Positions 50,393 through 63,385 of a stretch of DNA of 64,000 nucleotides are shown one piece after another. The notes below the pieces were generated by a model. The model was not told the origin of the DNA. It did not search any database and saw only the letters and a list, made by a program, of their open reading frames with translations. Every line of letters starts with the position of its first letter. The stretch's first letter is position 1. A program made the position numbers and the translations under genes. Source of the stretch: Malacoraja senta (lineage: Eukaryota); the NCBI GenBank assembly GCA_038087875.1, contig CM075999.1:310001-374000 (forward strand), in the 5' to 3' direction.

Positions 50393-50972
50393 CTAGACTA
50401 AGTGGCACCCGTTGGGTCCCAGCATCACACGGAAGGGCTGGTCCCCCAACGCAATATTCCACCTCACCACCAATTCCAATATTGGTGGCCAGTGGGGGGC
50501 GGGGCTTTCTGGAGTGCTAGTATGGGTGTTGTGGGCTGAAGGGACTGGTTTCCAGAGGGCTAGTATGGACATTGTGGGCTGAATGGATTCTTGGGCTGGT
50601 GGCTCAGTGCAGCTTCATACCATTTCAAGCAGGGTGAAAGGCCACTAAAGACAGCGAGTCGTGACCTCTCGCTCCTCCATCTTGCAGAGACTGAACCACG
50701 CCCACACGTCTGGGTTTTATAGTCCCTCCCCCCCTCCCACCAGAAGAGGCGTGGCCTTTATGGCGTGATTGACAGGAGAGAGAATCTCAACATTTTTTAA
50801 ACACTAATAACTGTTTTATTTTTCATCGATGGAAAAATCCTCGGCACCTGATGAGTGGAGGGGGACTCTGAGTAAGATGGCCAAAAATCACAGTGTACGT
50901 GGTAGCGTTTTTTCTAAAATCAATATAAAGCGCAAACAGGAAGTGGTCAAGATTAGACTTTTAATTATATCA
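50393..50972 (-). mobile_element. Second non-autonomous Helitron family member (5' boundary uncertain)
   Basis: 3' end GGGACCC-AAC-GGGTGCC + ACTTAGT + CTAG|T; 5'-like ATATAATTAAAAGTCT at ~50955-50970. Confidence 0.65.
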
Positions 50973-50973
50973 A

Positions 50974-51160
50974 AGGCAAGGCAACTTTAATTAGGCAAGG
51001 CAACGTTAATTAGGCAAGGCAACTTTAATTAGGCAAGGCAACTTTAATCAGGCAAGGCAACTTTAATTAGGCAACACAGCTTTAGCATTTCCAAACCAAA
51101 GGCAACACAGCTTTAGCATTTCCAAACCAAAGGCAACACAGCTTTAGCATTTCCAAACTA
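50974..51160 (+). repeat. Minisatellites: five 19-bp units then three 31-bp units
   Basis: AGGCAAGGCAACTTTAATT repeats; GCAACACAGCTTTAGCATTTCCAAAC at 51071, 51102, 51133. Confidence 0.92.
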
Positions 51161-51195
51161 TATTTTCAAACCACATTAAGGGCACTGACAGGTCA

Positions 51196-53034
51196 AAGGT
51201 CTGTCTCACTGTGCGAGTTGACCCACGAGTGACCCCGAGTGAAAGACTCGTGGTTGCGTACGAGACTACAAGTTTATGATCCAGAGTTTAACCGAGTTCC
51301 CACGGGTATGTCTAAGTTTCCCGTTTACTTCTCATTTCTGCGATGTTCCAAGTTCGTCTCCCGAGTGTACCAAGTTCCTCTCCCGTTAATCTTGAGGCAA
51401 CAATGTATATCGAAGTGTTGAAAAATTATCACATGTTCAAAAAATGATGTCATGCCAGCCAAAGAACGTAGAGACTATTGTGTTTGCTGCATGTGTTCTG
51501 CATAACCTGATCCGTATCAGAGGTGCAGCTTCAGGATCAGCAACAGCCATGCAGGACGGTGACTTAGTGGACAGTCAAACAGGGAGAATAACACTAGGTG
51601 CGTGGAGGAGTGGTACAAACGACGATACTTTGGTGCCACTGCAGTGTTTTCGAGGTAACACGGGGACCAACAGTGCAAAAGAGCAGAGAGACCATCTCTG
51701 CTCCTACTATAATTCAGAATTGGGCAGTGTGCCGTGGCAGGACAGCTTATTTTGAGCGGCTGCCGACCACAGGTACATCACTGCATGAGGAGAGCCCACA
51801 TACAGAAAAATCCAGTTAATTTCATGTTTAGTTTAAATCCTGCTGACTTTTCATTGTTTAACTTTAAGTGTGGATTTTATTTTTTATTGTGGTGTAAAAG
51901 TAATTTCATTGCATCTGTCTTTCCTTTAAAACGTGGTTATCATGCATCTGCTTATCTGATTGTAGATCACAAAACTTGTCATTCAGCGCATTGCATTGTA
52001 TCTTTTATTGCCTGAATTTAGACTAGTGCATTTCTCAGCTGAATTAGTATATAGTGGAAATACTTTTATTTGTGCTTCATTTGTTGATTTTCATGTATGA
52101 GAAGCCCTTTTTCAGACCACTGTGTTGTTTGCTGTGGTGCTTCACCGTGATATGGGTTTGCAGGAAATTACGCATATTTCTCAATATGCGCAAAAAAGCG
52201 TTTTTTATATTGAACAAGAATAAAGACTTTGTTTCACATTCAAGACATTTGTTTCACATAAGACTTTGTCTTATTTTCTGATCTACTGAGAGGTGACAAT
52301 TTTAAACATTTAAAAAGCACAGCATATGAGGCAGCTGTCCTTAAATCTCACAAATGATTGTGAGAATCAAGATGTGAATATATTTTGCCTTCCTCTATTT
52401 TGTGTTTTATGATGAAAGGAATATTACATTCAAGTCATGAGACTTTGTAGTGATATTAAAATGAAGACTTCCAGGCATCAATTTGATCTTGATAGCAAAT
52501 AACTCTCTTTTATTGTGCAATGAAGTAAACAAACAGTGAGAATCAAACGGCTCAGCAAAAAGCTTTTCAACACAACACAAATTTATATATAAACTTCAAG
52601 CAATTTTTTTCTTTTCAACCCACTCTGTCACCTTATCAATAACTTGCTTAACTTTGTTAAGCAGAATTTGTCTTTAAAAAGTCTAAGTAGCTGATATTTC
52701 TGTCCCTGATTATTGTTTCTAAAAAGAGTTCCCACGGTAGACTCACGAGTCACAAAGTTAAACGCACGGGCCACTACGTTCTTACAACGAGTTTAAAATG
52801 TTTCAAATTTTAACCTCAAGAGTACATTTTACTCGTGGAAAAGTACAAACATGTTTGAGCTTTTGCAAGAGTTAACAAGTTTCACGTGTACCTCCCGTTA
52901 GCGCCAAGAGTCGCTAAGTTGCGTCCACGAGTTTCAAAGTTCCCGCTACGTTAATTGTACGTGATTACCACGAGTTAAATTTGTTTTAAACTCGGGGTCA
53001 CTCGTGGGTCAACTCGCACAGTGAGACAGCCCTT
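51196..53034 (+). mobile_element. Non-autonomous PIF/Harbinger DNA transposon, both ends intact
   Basis: ~45-bp TIRs AAGG(T/G)CTGTCTCACTGTGCGAGTTGACCCACGAGTGACCCCGAGT; 3-bp TSD TCA at 51193-51195 and 53035-53037; transposase C-terminus at 51444-51755 (AACVLHNL..RDHLCSYY..GSVPWQ). Confidence 0.93.
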
Positions 53035-53604
53035 TCAGTAAAACCACTCTAAAAGATCATTCAATGCACCAGGTGCAGTCTTGTTGAAGTCACACAGCAT
53101 GGAAACAGGCCCGGAAAAAAATCTTCCACCATCACCCTTTGCTTCATTCCATGAAGCCAATTCTCTGTTCAGTCGGGAAGCTCTCTCTGGATCTCATGCG
53201 ATCTAAAGAGCCAAACGCAGGCAGGTAGGACTAGTGTAGATGGGGCATGTTGGTCGGCATGAACAAGTTGAGCTGAAGGGGCCTGTTTCCATGCTGTGTG
53301 ACTCTATGACTCTGCCATGAAACAAGATATTTTCACTTACTGTGTAAATATTCTCTGCAGTATTTGGCAATTAACTCCTCAAGGACTGCAATTCTTCAAG
53401 AAGACATCTTACCACCATCTTCTCAAAGGCTTGTGCAAATAAAGGGAGACACAAGAGGCTGCAGATTGAGTTTGAAGATGGGTCCTGATCTGAAACATCG
53501 TCGGTCCATTCCCTCCACAGATGCAGCCTGAGCAACTGACTTCCTCCAGCACTTGGTGTTTTCGGCAAATAAATGCTGACTCAATACAGAGGTGACAAAG
53601 CTCA

Positions 53605-56006
53605 TATAGAAACATAGAAACATAGAAAATAGGTGCAGGAGTAGGCCATTCGGCCCTTCGAGCCTGCACCGCCATTCAATATGATCATGGCTGATCATCC
53701 AACTCAGTATCCTGTACCTGCCTTCTCTCCATACCCCCTGATCCCTTTAGCCACAAGGGCCACATCTAACTCCCTCTTAAATATAGCCAATGAATTGGTC
53801 TCAATTACCTTCTGTGGCAGAGAATTCCAGATATTCACCACTCTCTGTGTGAAAAATGTTTTTCTCATCTCGGTCCTAAAAGATTTCCCCATTATCCTTA
53901 AACTGTGACCCCTTGTCCTGGACTTCCCCAACATCGGGAACAATCTTCCTGCATCTAGCCTGTCCAACTCCTTAAGAATTTTGTAAGTTTCTATAAGATC
54001 CCCCCTCAATCTTCTAAATTCTAGCGAGTACAAGCCGAATCTATCCAGTCTTTCTTCATATGAAAGTCCTGACATCCCAGGAATCAGTCTGGTGAACCTT
54101 CTCTGTACTCCCTCTATGGCAAGAATGTATTGCCTCAGATTTGGAGACCAAAACTGTACCCAATACTCCAGGTGTGGTCTCACCAAGACCCTGTACAACT
54201 GCAGTAGAATCTCCCTGCTCCTATACTCAAATCCTTTTGCTATGAATGCTAACATACCATTCACTTTCTTCAATGCCTGCTGCACCTGCATGCCTACTTT
54301 CAATGACTGGTGTACCATGACACCCAGGTCTCGTTTCATCTCCCCTTTTCCTAATCGGCCACCATTCAGATAATAGTCTACTTTCCTGTTTTTGCCACCA
54401 ACGTGGATAACCTCACATTTATCCACATTATACTGCATCTGCCATGCATTTGCCCACTCATCCAACCTATCCAAGTCACCTTGCAGCCTCCTAGCATCCT
54501 CCTCACAGCTAACACTGCCCCCCAGCTTCATGTCATCCGCAAACTTGGAGATGTTGCTTTCAATTCCCTCGTCCAGATCATTAATATAAATTGTAAATAG
54601 CTGGGGTCCCAGCACTGAGCCTTACGGTACCTAGTCACTGCCTGCCATTCTGAAAAGGACCTGTTTACTCCTACTCTTAGCTTCCTGTTTGCCAGCCAGT
54701 TCTCTATCCACATCAATACTGAACCCCCAATACTGTGTGCTTTAAGTTTGTATACTAATCTCTTATGTGGGACCTTGTCGAAAGCCTTCTGAAAGTCCAA
54801 ATATAACTCATCCACTGGTTCTCCCTTATCCACTCTACTAGTTACATCCTCGAAAAATTCTATAAGATTCATCAGACATGATTTACCTTTCGTAAATCCA
54901 TGCTGACTTTGTCCAATGATTTCACCACTTTCCAAATGTGCTGCTATCCCATCTTTAATAACTGACTCTAGCAGTTTCCCCACTACCGATGGGCAATTAC
55001 TGGTCTGTAATTCCCCGTATTCTCTCTCCCTCCCTTTTTAAAAAGTGGGGTTACATTAGATACCCTCCAATCCTCAGGAACTACTCCAGAATCTAAGGAG
55101 TTTTGAAAAATTATCACTAATGCATCACTATTTCTGGGGCTACTTCCATAAGTACTCTGGGATGCAGCCTATCTGGCCCTGGGGATTTATCGGCCTTTAA
55201 TCCATTCAATTTACCTAACACCACTTCCCGGCTAACCTGGATTTCACTCAGTTCCTCTATCTCATTTGACCTGCGGTCCTCTGCTATTTCCAGCAGATTA
55301 TTTATGTCTTCCTTAGTGAAGACAGAACCAAAGTAGTTATTCAATTGGTCTGCCATGTCCTTGTTCCCCATGATCAATTCACCTGTTTCTGACTGCAAGG
55401 GACCTACATTTGTTTTAACTAATCTTTTTCTCTTCACATATCTATAAAAATGTTTGCAGTCAGTTTTTATGTTCCCTGCCAGTTTTCTTTCATAATCTAT
55501 TTTCCCTTTCCTAATTAAGCCCTTTGTCCTCCTCTGTTGGACTCTGAATTTCTCCCAGTCCTCTGGTAGGCTGCTTTTTCTGGCTAATTTGTACGCTTCA
55601 TCTTTTGTTTTGATACTATCCCTGATTTCCCTTGTTATCCACGGATGCACTACCTTCCCTGATTTATTCTTTTGCCAAACTGGGATGAACAATTGTTGTA
55701 GTTCATCCATGCAGTCTTTAAATGCCTTCCATTGCATATCCACCGTCAACCCTTTAAGAATCAATTGCCAGTCTATCTTGGCCAATTCACGTCTCATACC
55801 CTCAAAGTTACCTTTCTTTAAGTTCAGAACCCTTGTTTCTGAATTAACAATGTCACTCTCCATCCTAATGAAGAACTCAACCATATTATCGTCACTCTTG
55901 CCCAAGGGGCCACGCACAACAAGTCTGCTAACTAACCCTTCCTCATTACTCAATACCCAGTCTAGAATAGCCTGCTCTCTCGTTGGTTCCTCTACATGTT
56001 GGTTTA
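53605..56006 (-). mobile_element. CR1 LINE, ~2.4 kb (end of endonuclease, RT, 3' tail), frameshifted
   Basis: QHVEEPTREQAILDWVL, KSPGPDRLHPRVL, SQHGFTKGKSCL, LDFQKAFDKVPH, KFADD; (TTTCTATG)n tail. Confidence 0.96.
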
Positions 56007-56009
56007 GAA

Positions 56010-56640
56010 TACCCTCAAGATGGCGGCAGCGGCGGACGGAAGAAAAGAACGGTGTCAGTGAGTGGGCGGGAGGGACCCGCATTCTGTGGCTTTGCAGGTG
56101 CTCAAGGTGTTCGAGGTTGGCTGTGGGTGGCACTCCAGAGCACGGAGGGTGGGCAGTGGCCGTGTGAGGGGTGAGGGATGGCGTGTTTGCTGGTCGAAGT
56201 GTCCAGATTGAGGCATTGGTGGAGTGGACCGCTGGAGGCCCTGCAGCAGCCTGGGGTTCAATTGGAACAGGTGCTGCTCCAAGAAGTCTGATTGGACCCG
56301 GCCTACAGCGGCATGGAGCAGAGGAGCAGTTCACCAACAACATAGCCTGTTCAGGCTGACCCTACAACTCTGACCCAGTGCATTCGCCAGGACAATAGGC
56401 CTTTACGCCAAGTGAAGACTCTAATATTTTAATATCTCTGAGCTTGGGGTTCAAGATGTCAGCGGAAATGTGCTGATTCTTGTGTTCTGCTACAATGTAA
56501 TCTACCATTCCTACACTCTTGCGCTTAAGAATAATTGTTCCTATGTACAGGAACATTTTTACTGAACTGTATGTAAACAAAGAAATTTGCTGCACCTACC
56601 TACATGTGACAGTAAAGTACAATTGAACCATTGGACCATG
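56010..56640 (+). mobile_element. Probable non-autonomous retroposon with YY1-like 5' start and Rex-like tail
   Basis: Starts CAAGATGGCGGC, GC-rich body, ends GAAATTT..TGCACCT..TACATGTGACAGTAAAG..(ATTGAACC). Confidence 0.4.
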
Positions 56641-56687
56641 AATTAGATAAATAAGATATGCATTGAAAGCAGTAAAAATCTGGAGAG

Positions 56688-56815
56688 GGTACACAAAAAT
56701 GCTGGAGAAACTCAGCGGGTGCAGCAGCATCTATGGAGCGAACGAGGCAACGTTTCGGGCCGAAATCCTTCTTCAGACTTTCCAGATTTTCCAGCATCTG
56801 CAGTTCCTTCTTAAA
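56688..56815. mobile_element. Penelope-derived mini-insertion
   Basis: Inverted terminus plus forward TTTTCCAGCATCTGCAGTTCC; AAAA(T)CTGGAGAG on both sides. Confidence 0.7.
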
Positions 56816-57701
56816 AACTGGAGAGCATAGGTTTAAGGTAAGAGGCGAAAGATCTTTAAAAGGATCTGATGGGCAACCTCTTCACAAAGAGAGTAGGGGG
56901 ATTATGGATTCCAAAGACATGCAGGTTTGTAGGTTAATTGACTTCTGTAAATTGTCCCTAGTGTGTCGGATGGAACTAGTGTACGGGTGATCACTATTCG
57001 GCACGGACTCAGTGGGCCAAAGGGCCTGTTTCCACACTCTAAACTCGAAAATGATCTGTATTCATTCCCTGTGGCAAGTCGCATCAGTACCGTGGAAATT
57101 TGTTTCCAAAATATCTCTCTTTCTTTAAAGACAATTAATTTTACAGCACAAAGCACAAAGTTCTGATGAAACTGTTTAACACTCTTAGTGCTACCAGAGA
57201 GGGTTGAGTTTCTAGGCAGCAGACCTTGCACAGACCCTGAGGGACACTGACTCAACCCTACCAGGAGCAGTGCCACACTCATGCTTTAGGTATTCTGAGA
57301 ACACAATTAGCAGATTCCATCTAAATATTTGTAATGATGTTCATCAGTTACTGAACAGTTACGGGGATCGGAGTGTGTTGAGGGGTGTGTTTAGTTGAGG
57401 GACTCCAGTCATGCAGCCGCTAACCCAGCGTCTGCCGGTCAGTGTGATGGCCCCGTGAAGCCAGTGCTGACCACAATGCTCATTCGCTGTTAGTCTTGGT
57501 AATGGGCTAATGGACTGGGCGCTTGTTGCAGGTAGAGTTGACAGTGTATCTCAGCCTTTCTTTGCACACTCTCTGAAATTCACTTGAATGGAGGAGTGGA
57601 GTCCTTTGGCAATTTATTGTCTGCAGGAGCAAGGTCACAATGTCAGGGGCTGATTTACACCTAAGGAACTAATGTGCTACAATGCTGAGAACTGCATTCT
57701 G

Positions 57702-57758
57702 CACACACACACACACACGCGCACATGCACATGCACACGCACACGCACACACACACGC

Positions 57759-57817
<59 letters not shown>

Positions 57818-57818
57818 C

Positions 57819-57859
<41 letters not shown>

Positions 57860-57989
57860 TATATATACACACACACACACACATACACACACACATACAC
57901 AAACACACACACACACACACATAATATATATACAGTATATATATACACACACACACACACATTATATATATATATATACACACATACAC

Positions 57990-58022
<33 letters not shown>

Positions 58023-58068
58023 CACACACATAATATATATATATATATACATACATAATATTTATACC
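57702..58068. repeat. Compound (CA)n/(TA)n microsatellite
   Basis: Direct reading. Confidence 0.98.
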
Positions 58069-58069
58069 C

Positions 58070-60372
58070 AAGAGATACTCATGCAATAATCTGAGACGTC
58101 TGTTTAATATAATGCATTCATATAAAACCGAACAACAAGACTTATCAATTATTTCATTGGACGCAGAAAAAGCATTCGATGCAAAAATTTCAAATGGGAG
58201 AGAATTTTATCTCATGGGTAAAACTATTATATGACAGGCCCACTGCTAGAATATTAACTAATAACATGTTGTCCCCGAAATTTCAATTATCAAGGAGCAA
58301 TAGACAGGGATGTTCACTATCACCTCTGCTATTTGCTCTTGTAATAGAACCTCTAGCTGAAAGCATTAGAACGCATCCAAATATCCATGGTTTTAATACA
58401 AAATACTCAAATAATAAAATATCATTATACGCAGATGATGTACTACTATACATCACAAAATCACAAATCAGTATACCAAATATATGAAATCTAATAGAGG
58501 AATTTGGATCCTTTTCAGGATATAGAATAAATTGGAATAAAAGTGAAATTATGACAATAAAACCCCAAGACTCAACACACCTATTAAAATTCCCTTTTAA
58601 AATTGCTACAGAAAAATTTAAATATTTGGGAATTGAAATTACTAGAAAATATAAATCTTTATTTAATGCAAACTATATGCCCCTACTTAATAAATTAAAC
58701 GCCCTGATTAAATTTGGAAAAACTCTTCCGATGTCTTTAATAGGCCGAATAAATGCTATAAAAATGATCTTTCTACCACAAATTTTATATATATTCCAAT
58801 CAATACCAATATACTTACCCAAAAAGTTTTAAAAAAAATTGGATTCCGATATCACAAATTTTATATGGGACTATAAATCCCATAGAATGCAAAGAAGACA
58901 TTTGTGCAAACCTAAAGAATTTGGTGGATTAACACTCCCTAATTTTTTGTATTATTATTGGGCAGCAAATGTCAAAAATGTGATTCACCTGTTGGACAAC
59001 TCTGCCCAGCAGGTGGATTGGATAGTAATGGAGAGAGAGGATTGCTCCCCTTTTAATATAGGAGCGATCCTTCTCTCACCAACAAAATTGAATAATACAA
59101 TATACAGTAAAAATCCAATTATTCATAGTACAATTAGAATTTGGAAACAAATAAAATTAACCTTAAAATTAAGAAACCTATCGCTTCTCTCTCCAATAGT
59201 TAATAATCCGTCGTTTAAACCATCTATTATAGATACATCATTTACACACTGGGATAGAATAAGAATTAAAATGTTTGGAGACATGTATGAAAATGGAATT
59301 TTTTATCATTCCAACAACTACAACTTAAATACAATCTGAGAAGTAATCAATAATTTAAATATTTTCAAATCCGTGACTATTTGAAAAAATTTAATATCAT
59401 ACTTGTATAATATCATCCTAAATATAGAAATACCATCATCCGATAGAATTAGAAGAGATTTGGAACAAGAACTAGCTATAAAAATCTCGAAAGAGAGTTG
59501 GGATAAACACTTGCTATATGTGCACAAATGCTCGATCAATGTAAGACATATTCTAATCCAATTTAAAACTTTACATAGACTATATTACTCAAAAACGAAA
59601 ATAAGTAAATGTTATCCAAATGTCTCCCCCATCTGTGATAAATGTCTATCCCAAGAAGCAACTATAGCACATTCCTTTGTTTTTTGTATAAAAATCCAAA
59701 AAATTTGGAATTAAATCTTTGAAATTTTTACAAAATTATTTAAAATAAAACTGAAACCGAACACAGAATTGATTATTTTTGGAACAATGGAAGCCAGCTT
59801 TGAGCTGACTTCATTCCAAAAGAGCCTTCCTTAATTACGGCTTAATAATGGCAAAAAAACGTATACTTAAATTCTGGAAAAACGCTCCCACACCAACGAT
59901 AAAAATGTGGATTTCAAATATGTCTGAAATGTTACACCTGGAAGACATGAGATTCCTCCTAGCAGGCAAATCAGACCATTTCCAAAAGATTTGGTCTCCA
60001 TTTATCGACTTATTACAAGCATAGGGTGCAACATAACTTTGAAAATAAATGGTTTTAGGACCTGGTGAGGGGTGTGTAAAGATACGAAGTAGGTACACCC
60101 CTTTTATCTTATCTTATTTTACTTTCTTATATCTTCTGTTCTCTATTTTTCTCTTTCTTTTTCTTTGGTTTTCCTTTTAACTCTTTCTCGTGGTTTACGT
60201 TCCTACGGGTTTCTCCTGATCACTCTTTCACGCACTTACTATCTTATCTAACTCTTTCTATTTTTCTTCTTTTTAAAGTTTAAAACAAGAAGTGGTACAG
60301 GAAATGTATTATGTTATTTTTGGCTTATATCACTGCAATGTACATTACTTCTAATAAATAACATATTTAAAA
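58070..60372 (+). mobile_element. L1-clade LINE, 5'-truncated, decayed ORF2 plus 3' UTR
   Basis: SLDAEKAFD, RQGCSLSPLLF, LYADD, FKYLGI, GRINAIKM, GGLTLPNF..YYWA, CDKC..HSFVFC; AATAAA near 60353. Confidence 0.95.
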
Positions 60373-60374
60373 AA

Positions 60375-60572
<198 letters not shown>

Positions 60573-61844
60573 TGCATTTAAACTGGGAGTATTTGTCGAG
60601 TAGAGAAATTTGCATGTTTTGGAAGGAGAGGGGAAAGAATTAATAGGAACCTGAGGGGCAGAAAGTGATGGGTATATGGAACAAACTGCCAGAGGATAGA
60701 CACAAAAAGCTGGAGTAACTCAGCGGGATGGGTAGCATCTCTGGAGAGAAGGTATGGATGATGTGTTGGGTTGAGACCCAGAGAAGGTAGTTGAGACTAG
60801 CTTAGATGGGGCATCTTGTCAGCATGGCTGATTGGGCCAAAGGGCCTGTTTCTGTGCTGTATGACTATATCACTTTGGCAGTTACTGGGAATTACTAGAC
60901 ACAAGTTTCAATGAAATGGAGTAAACATCAATAACTACTTGTAAGGAATAGTAACTACTTTAGTAACTCAAAATCTCATCTGGTCAGTATGCCCACACAT
61001 TATATCATTCAGCAGTGCAAATCGTCCAGGAATATTCCTGATACTGCTATACAGAATGAAGCAGCCCTTCTAAACTGGATTGGGTTTAGCAGCCCTGCCA
61101 CTAATCGATTAAAACTGAACTATGTTAGCGTGTAAAAAAAGAAAGGTCAATTTGTGTAAAAGAAAGTTGCAACTTGTAAATGCAAGGGTGAGTGATATTA
61201 ATGGTTTACATTATTAAAAAGATTGTAAGAAGGCAAACCTCAAAAGTAATCCTCACAATCTTGCTACTTGTTGCAAACTGAGATTAATTGCCACAGGAAT
61301 TACAATAGATTCTGAAACAACCACTATCCCTGAATATCCCTGTCTGAAGAAGGGATATCACCCATCACCTATCCATGTTCTCCACAGATGCTGTCTGATT
61401 TCCTGAGTTATTCCAACACTTTGTGTCATTTGTTGTAAACCAGCATCTGCATATCCTCGTATCTACCATCCCAACAATCGTGGACAATACAAATCATTTT
61501 TGACCATCCCTCAGATCCTGTTATATTTTCCTTTGTGTGCACTGAGTCATATGGAGTTTGTGATTATTGAAGTTAGTAACCAAAATAGTCATTGGAAACA
61601 GCGTCTTTGATGACGCATTCCAATTTCTAACGCATTGGCTTTTAATTTTAGTCTCCAATCCACCCTGCTTATTAACTTCCATATGAATAGTGTTCATTCC
61701 AGAATTCATATGTGTTCCAATGGGGGCAATTGGCTCGTCACAATACGTGCAATAAAATTAAGGACAGCCTGTTGACATTCAAACTGTTGGGTTGGGCTAA
61801 CTTTGGGATCATCATCTGCATGACCCAGGGCTGTTGACATTCCG

Positions 61845-62455
61845 CAGGGCAAGGTTCACTGGATTGACTTCTGGAATGAAGTGTTTGACGCATGGAGTAA
61901 TGTTAACTGGTATACACTCCACATCTGGAAGAATGAGTAGTGATCTTCTTAAAACATATCAGATTCTGGGAGGGATCGATGGGGTGTCAATGAGGGGATG
62001 CTTTCCACGGTGGGGTTTCTAGAATTAAGAACATGCCTTCTGAATGAATATGAAGAAGGAGGGTTGTGACTCTGGAATTATATACTCGGAAGAGCTATTG
62101 AATCCTACCCCCACCTCTTTTCCAACTCCCCCCCCATCCCCCCCACTACAATCAGTCTGAAGTAGGGTCCCAGTCCGAAATATCACCTATCCATGTGCTG
62201 CAGAGATCTGCCCGAGTCACTGGGTTACTCCAGCACTTTGTGGGGAGTTTTAAACCATCAACTCCAGTTCCTCATTTCTCCATTGAATCTATTCCTGGTG
62301 ACATTTGAACTACAAGAAGGTCAACTGGTGTGGAATTTTCCATATTCAGTGGAAAAGCGGTGTTGAGGCCCAGATTAGATCAGCTATGGTTTTATTGAAT
62401 GGTAGAGTAGATAGATGAGCTGTTTGGCCTTCACCTGCACCTAGTTCTTAAGTTC
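61845..62455 (+). mobile_element. Old CR1 3' remnant interrupted by a Penelope terminus (~62105-62280)
   Basis: RMSSDLLKTYQILGGID; CTGAAGTAGGGTCCCAGTCCGAAATATC. Confidence 0.6.
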
Positions 62456-62671
62456 TTCTGTGCTGGGATCTGCACAAAATGTGTTTCGGTATAGACGGGA
62501 CTGGATTAGGTTTATTATTGTCACATGTACCGAGGTTTGAAAAGCTTTGTTTTGCACTCTATCCAAACATATGAGATAATGCTATACATAAGTACAATCA
62601 AGCTCAACTCACGTACATAGGTAGAGCAGAGGAAAATACACTTAGTGCAGGATATATAATTCTCAGCATTA

Positions 62672-63385
62672 TACGATACGATACGATACGCTATTACTTT
62701 ATAGTCAGAACAAAGTCTGAAATTTGTTTTGCATCGCAGCAGCTCCATTTACAGCATCACATAAAAGATAAAAGAGACTTGAAAAGTCATGCATTAAGAC
62801 ATCAAGACAGGACCCCAAAATACATACATTCAACACAACATTACAATAACAGAAGACAACATTTGAGGCCCATCAGCGTGCATCTGATCTGGGATTAAGC
62901 GCCGTATTTAGTTCGAGGATTGACTGGTGCACAAAAGAGTGCTTCAGTCTAACCTTATTAAACTTTGGAACCCTATATCTCCGGTTTGATGGTAACAAAT
63001 TGTACTCACTGTTCAGAACGTGGTTGGGGTCAGAAGAAATATTGTTGGCCATCCTTAGTATGTTTTTATGGTAGGATGATTCATACAATTTTTGAAGTGG
63101 TTGACCTACAATCTTTGAGCAGATTTTTAATTGCTGGAGCAGTTTTGATTTTGTAGTAGCAGACAAGCTCTTGTACCATGTAATCTTACAGCATTGCAAA
63201 ACACTCATTATCACAGCGGTAAAAAATAACAAAAGGATTTGTCCTTGCTCCGAAAGATCTAAGTCGGCGGAGAAACCAGATTCTTTGTTTTGTCTTATTG
63301 CAAATCTTATCAATGTGGTCATTCCATGATAACTGATGATCTATCGTTACCCCCTAGTATTTAAATGAAAATACCTGCTTTTTAT
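62672..63385 (-). mobile_element. Rex1/Babar-related LINE 3' part with (TATCG)n tail
   Basis: ORF 62873-63322: FFTAVIMSVL, DPNHVLNSEYNLLPSNRRYRVPK..RLKHSFV. Confidence 0.8.

Noticed and set aside
50974..51160. CRISPR-like array
   Set aside because: Repeats are contiguous with no unique spacers; eukaryotic context and no cas genes.
51444..51755. HARBI1-like host gene exon
   Set aside because: Lies between TIRs with a TSD and lacks the N-terminal catalytic region, so it is transposon cargo.
55117..56343. 408-aa ATG-initiated ORF as a chimeric or domesticated gene
   Set aside because: About 110 codons of antisense GC-rich sequence read through into a CR1 ORF2 fragment that then frameshifts; chance continuity is the simpler explanation.
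57661..58086. CVCV/HTHT ORFs (also 60314-60615 and YIYI at 50215-50520)
   Set aside because: Translations of dinucleotide microsatellites.
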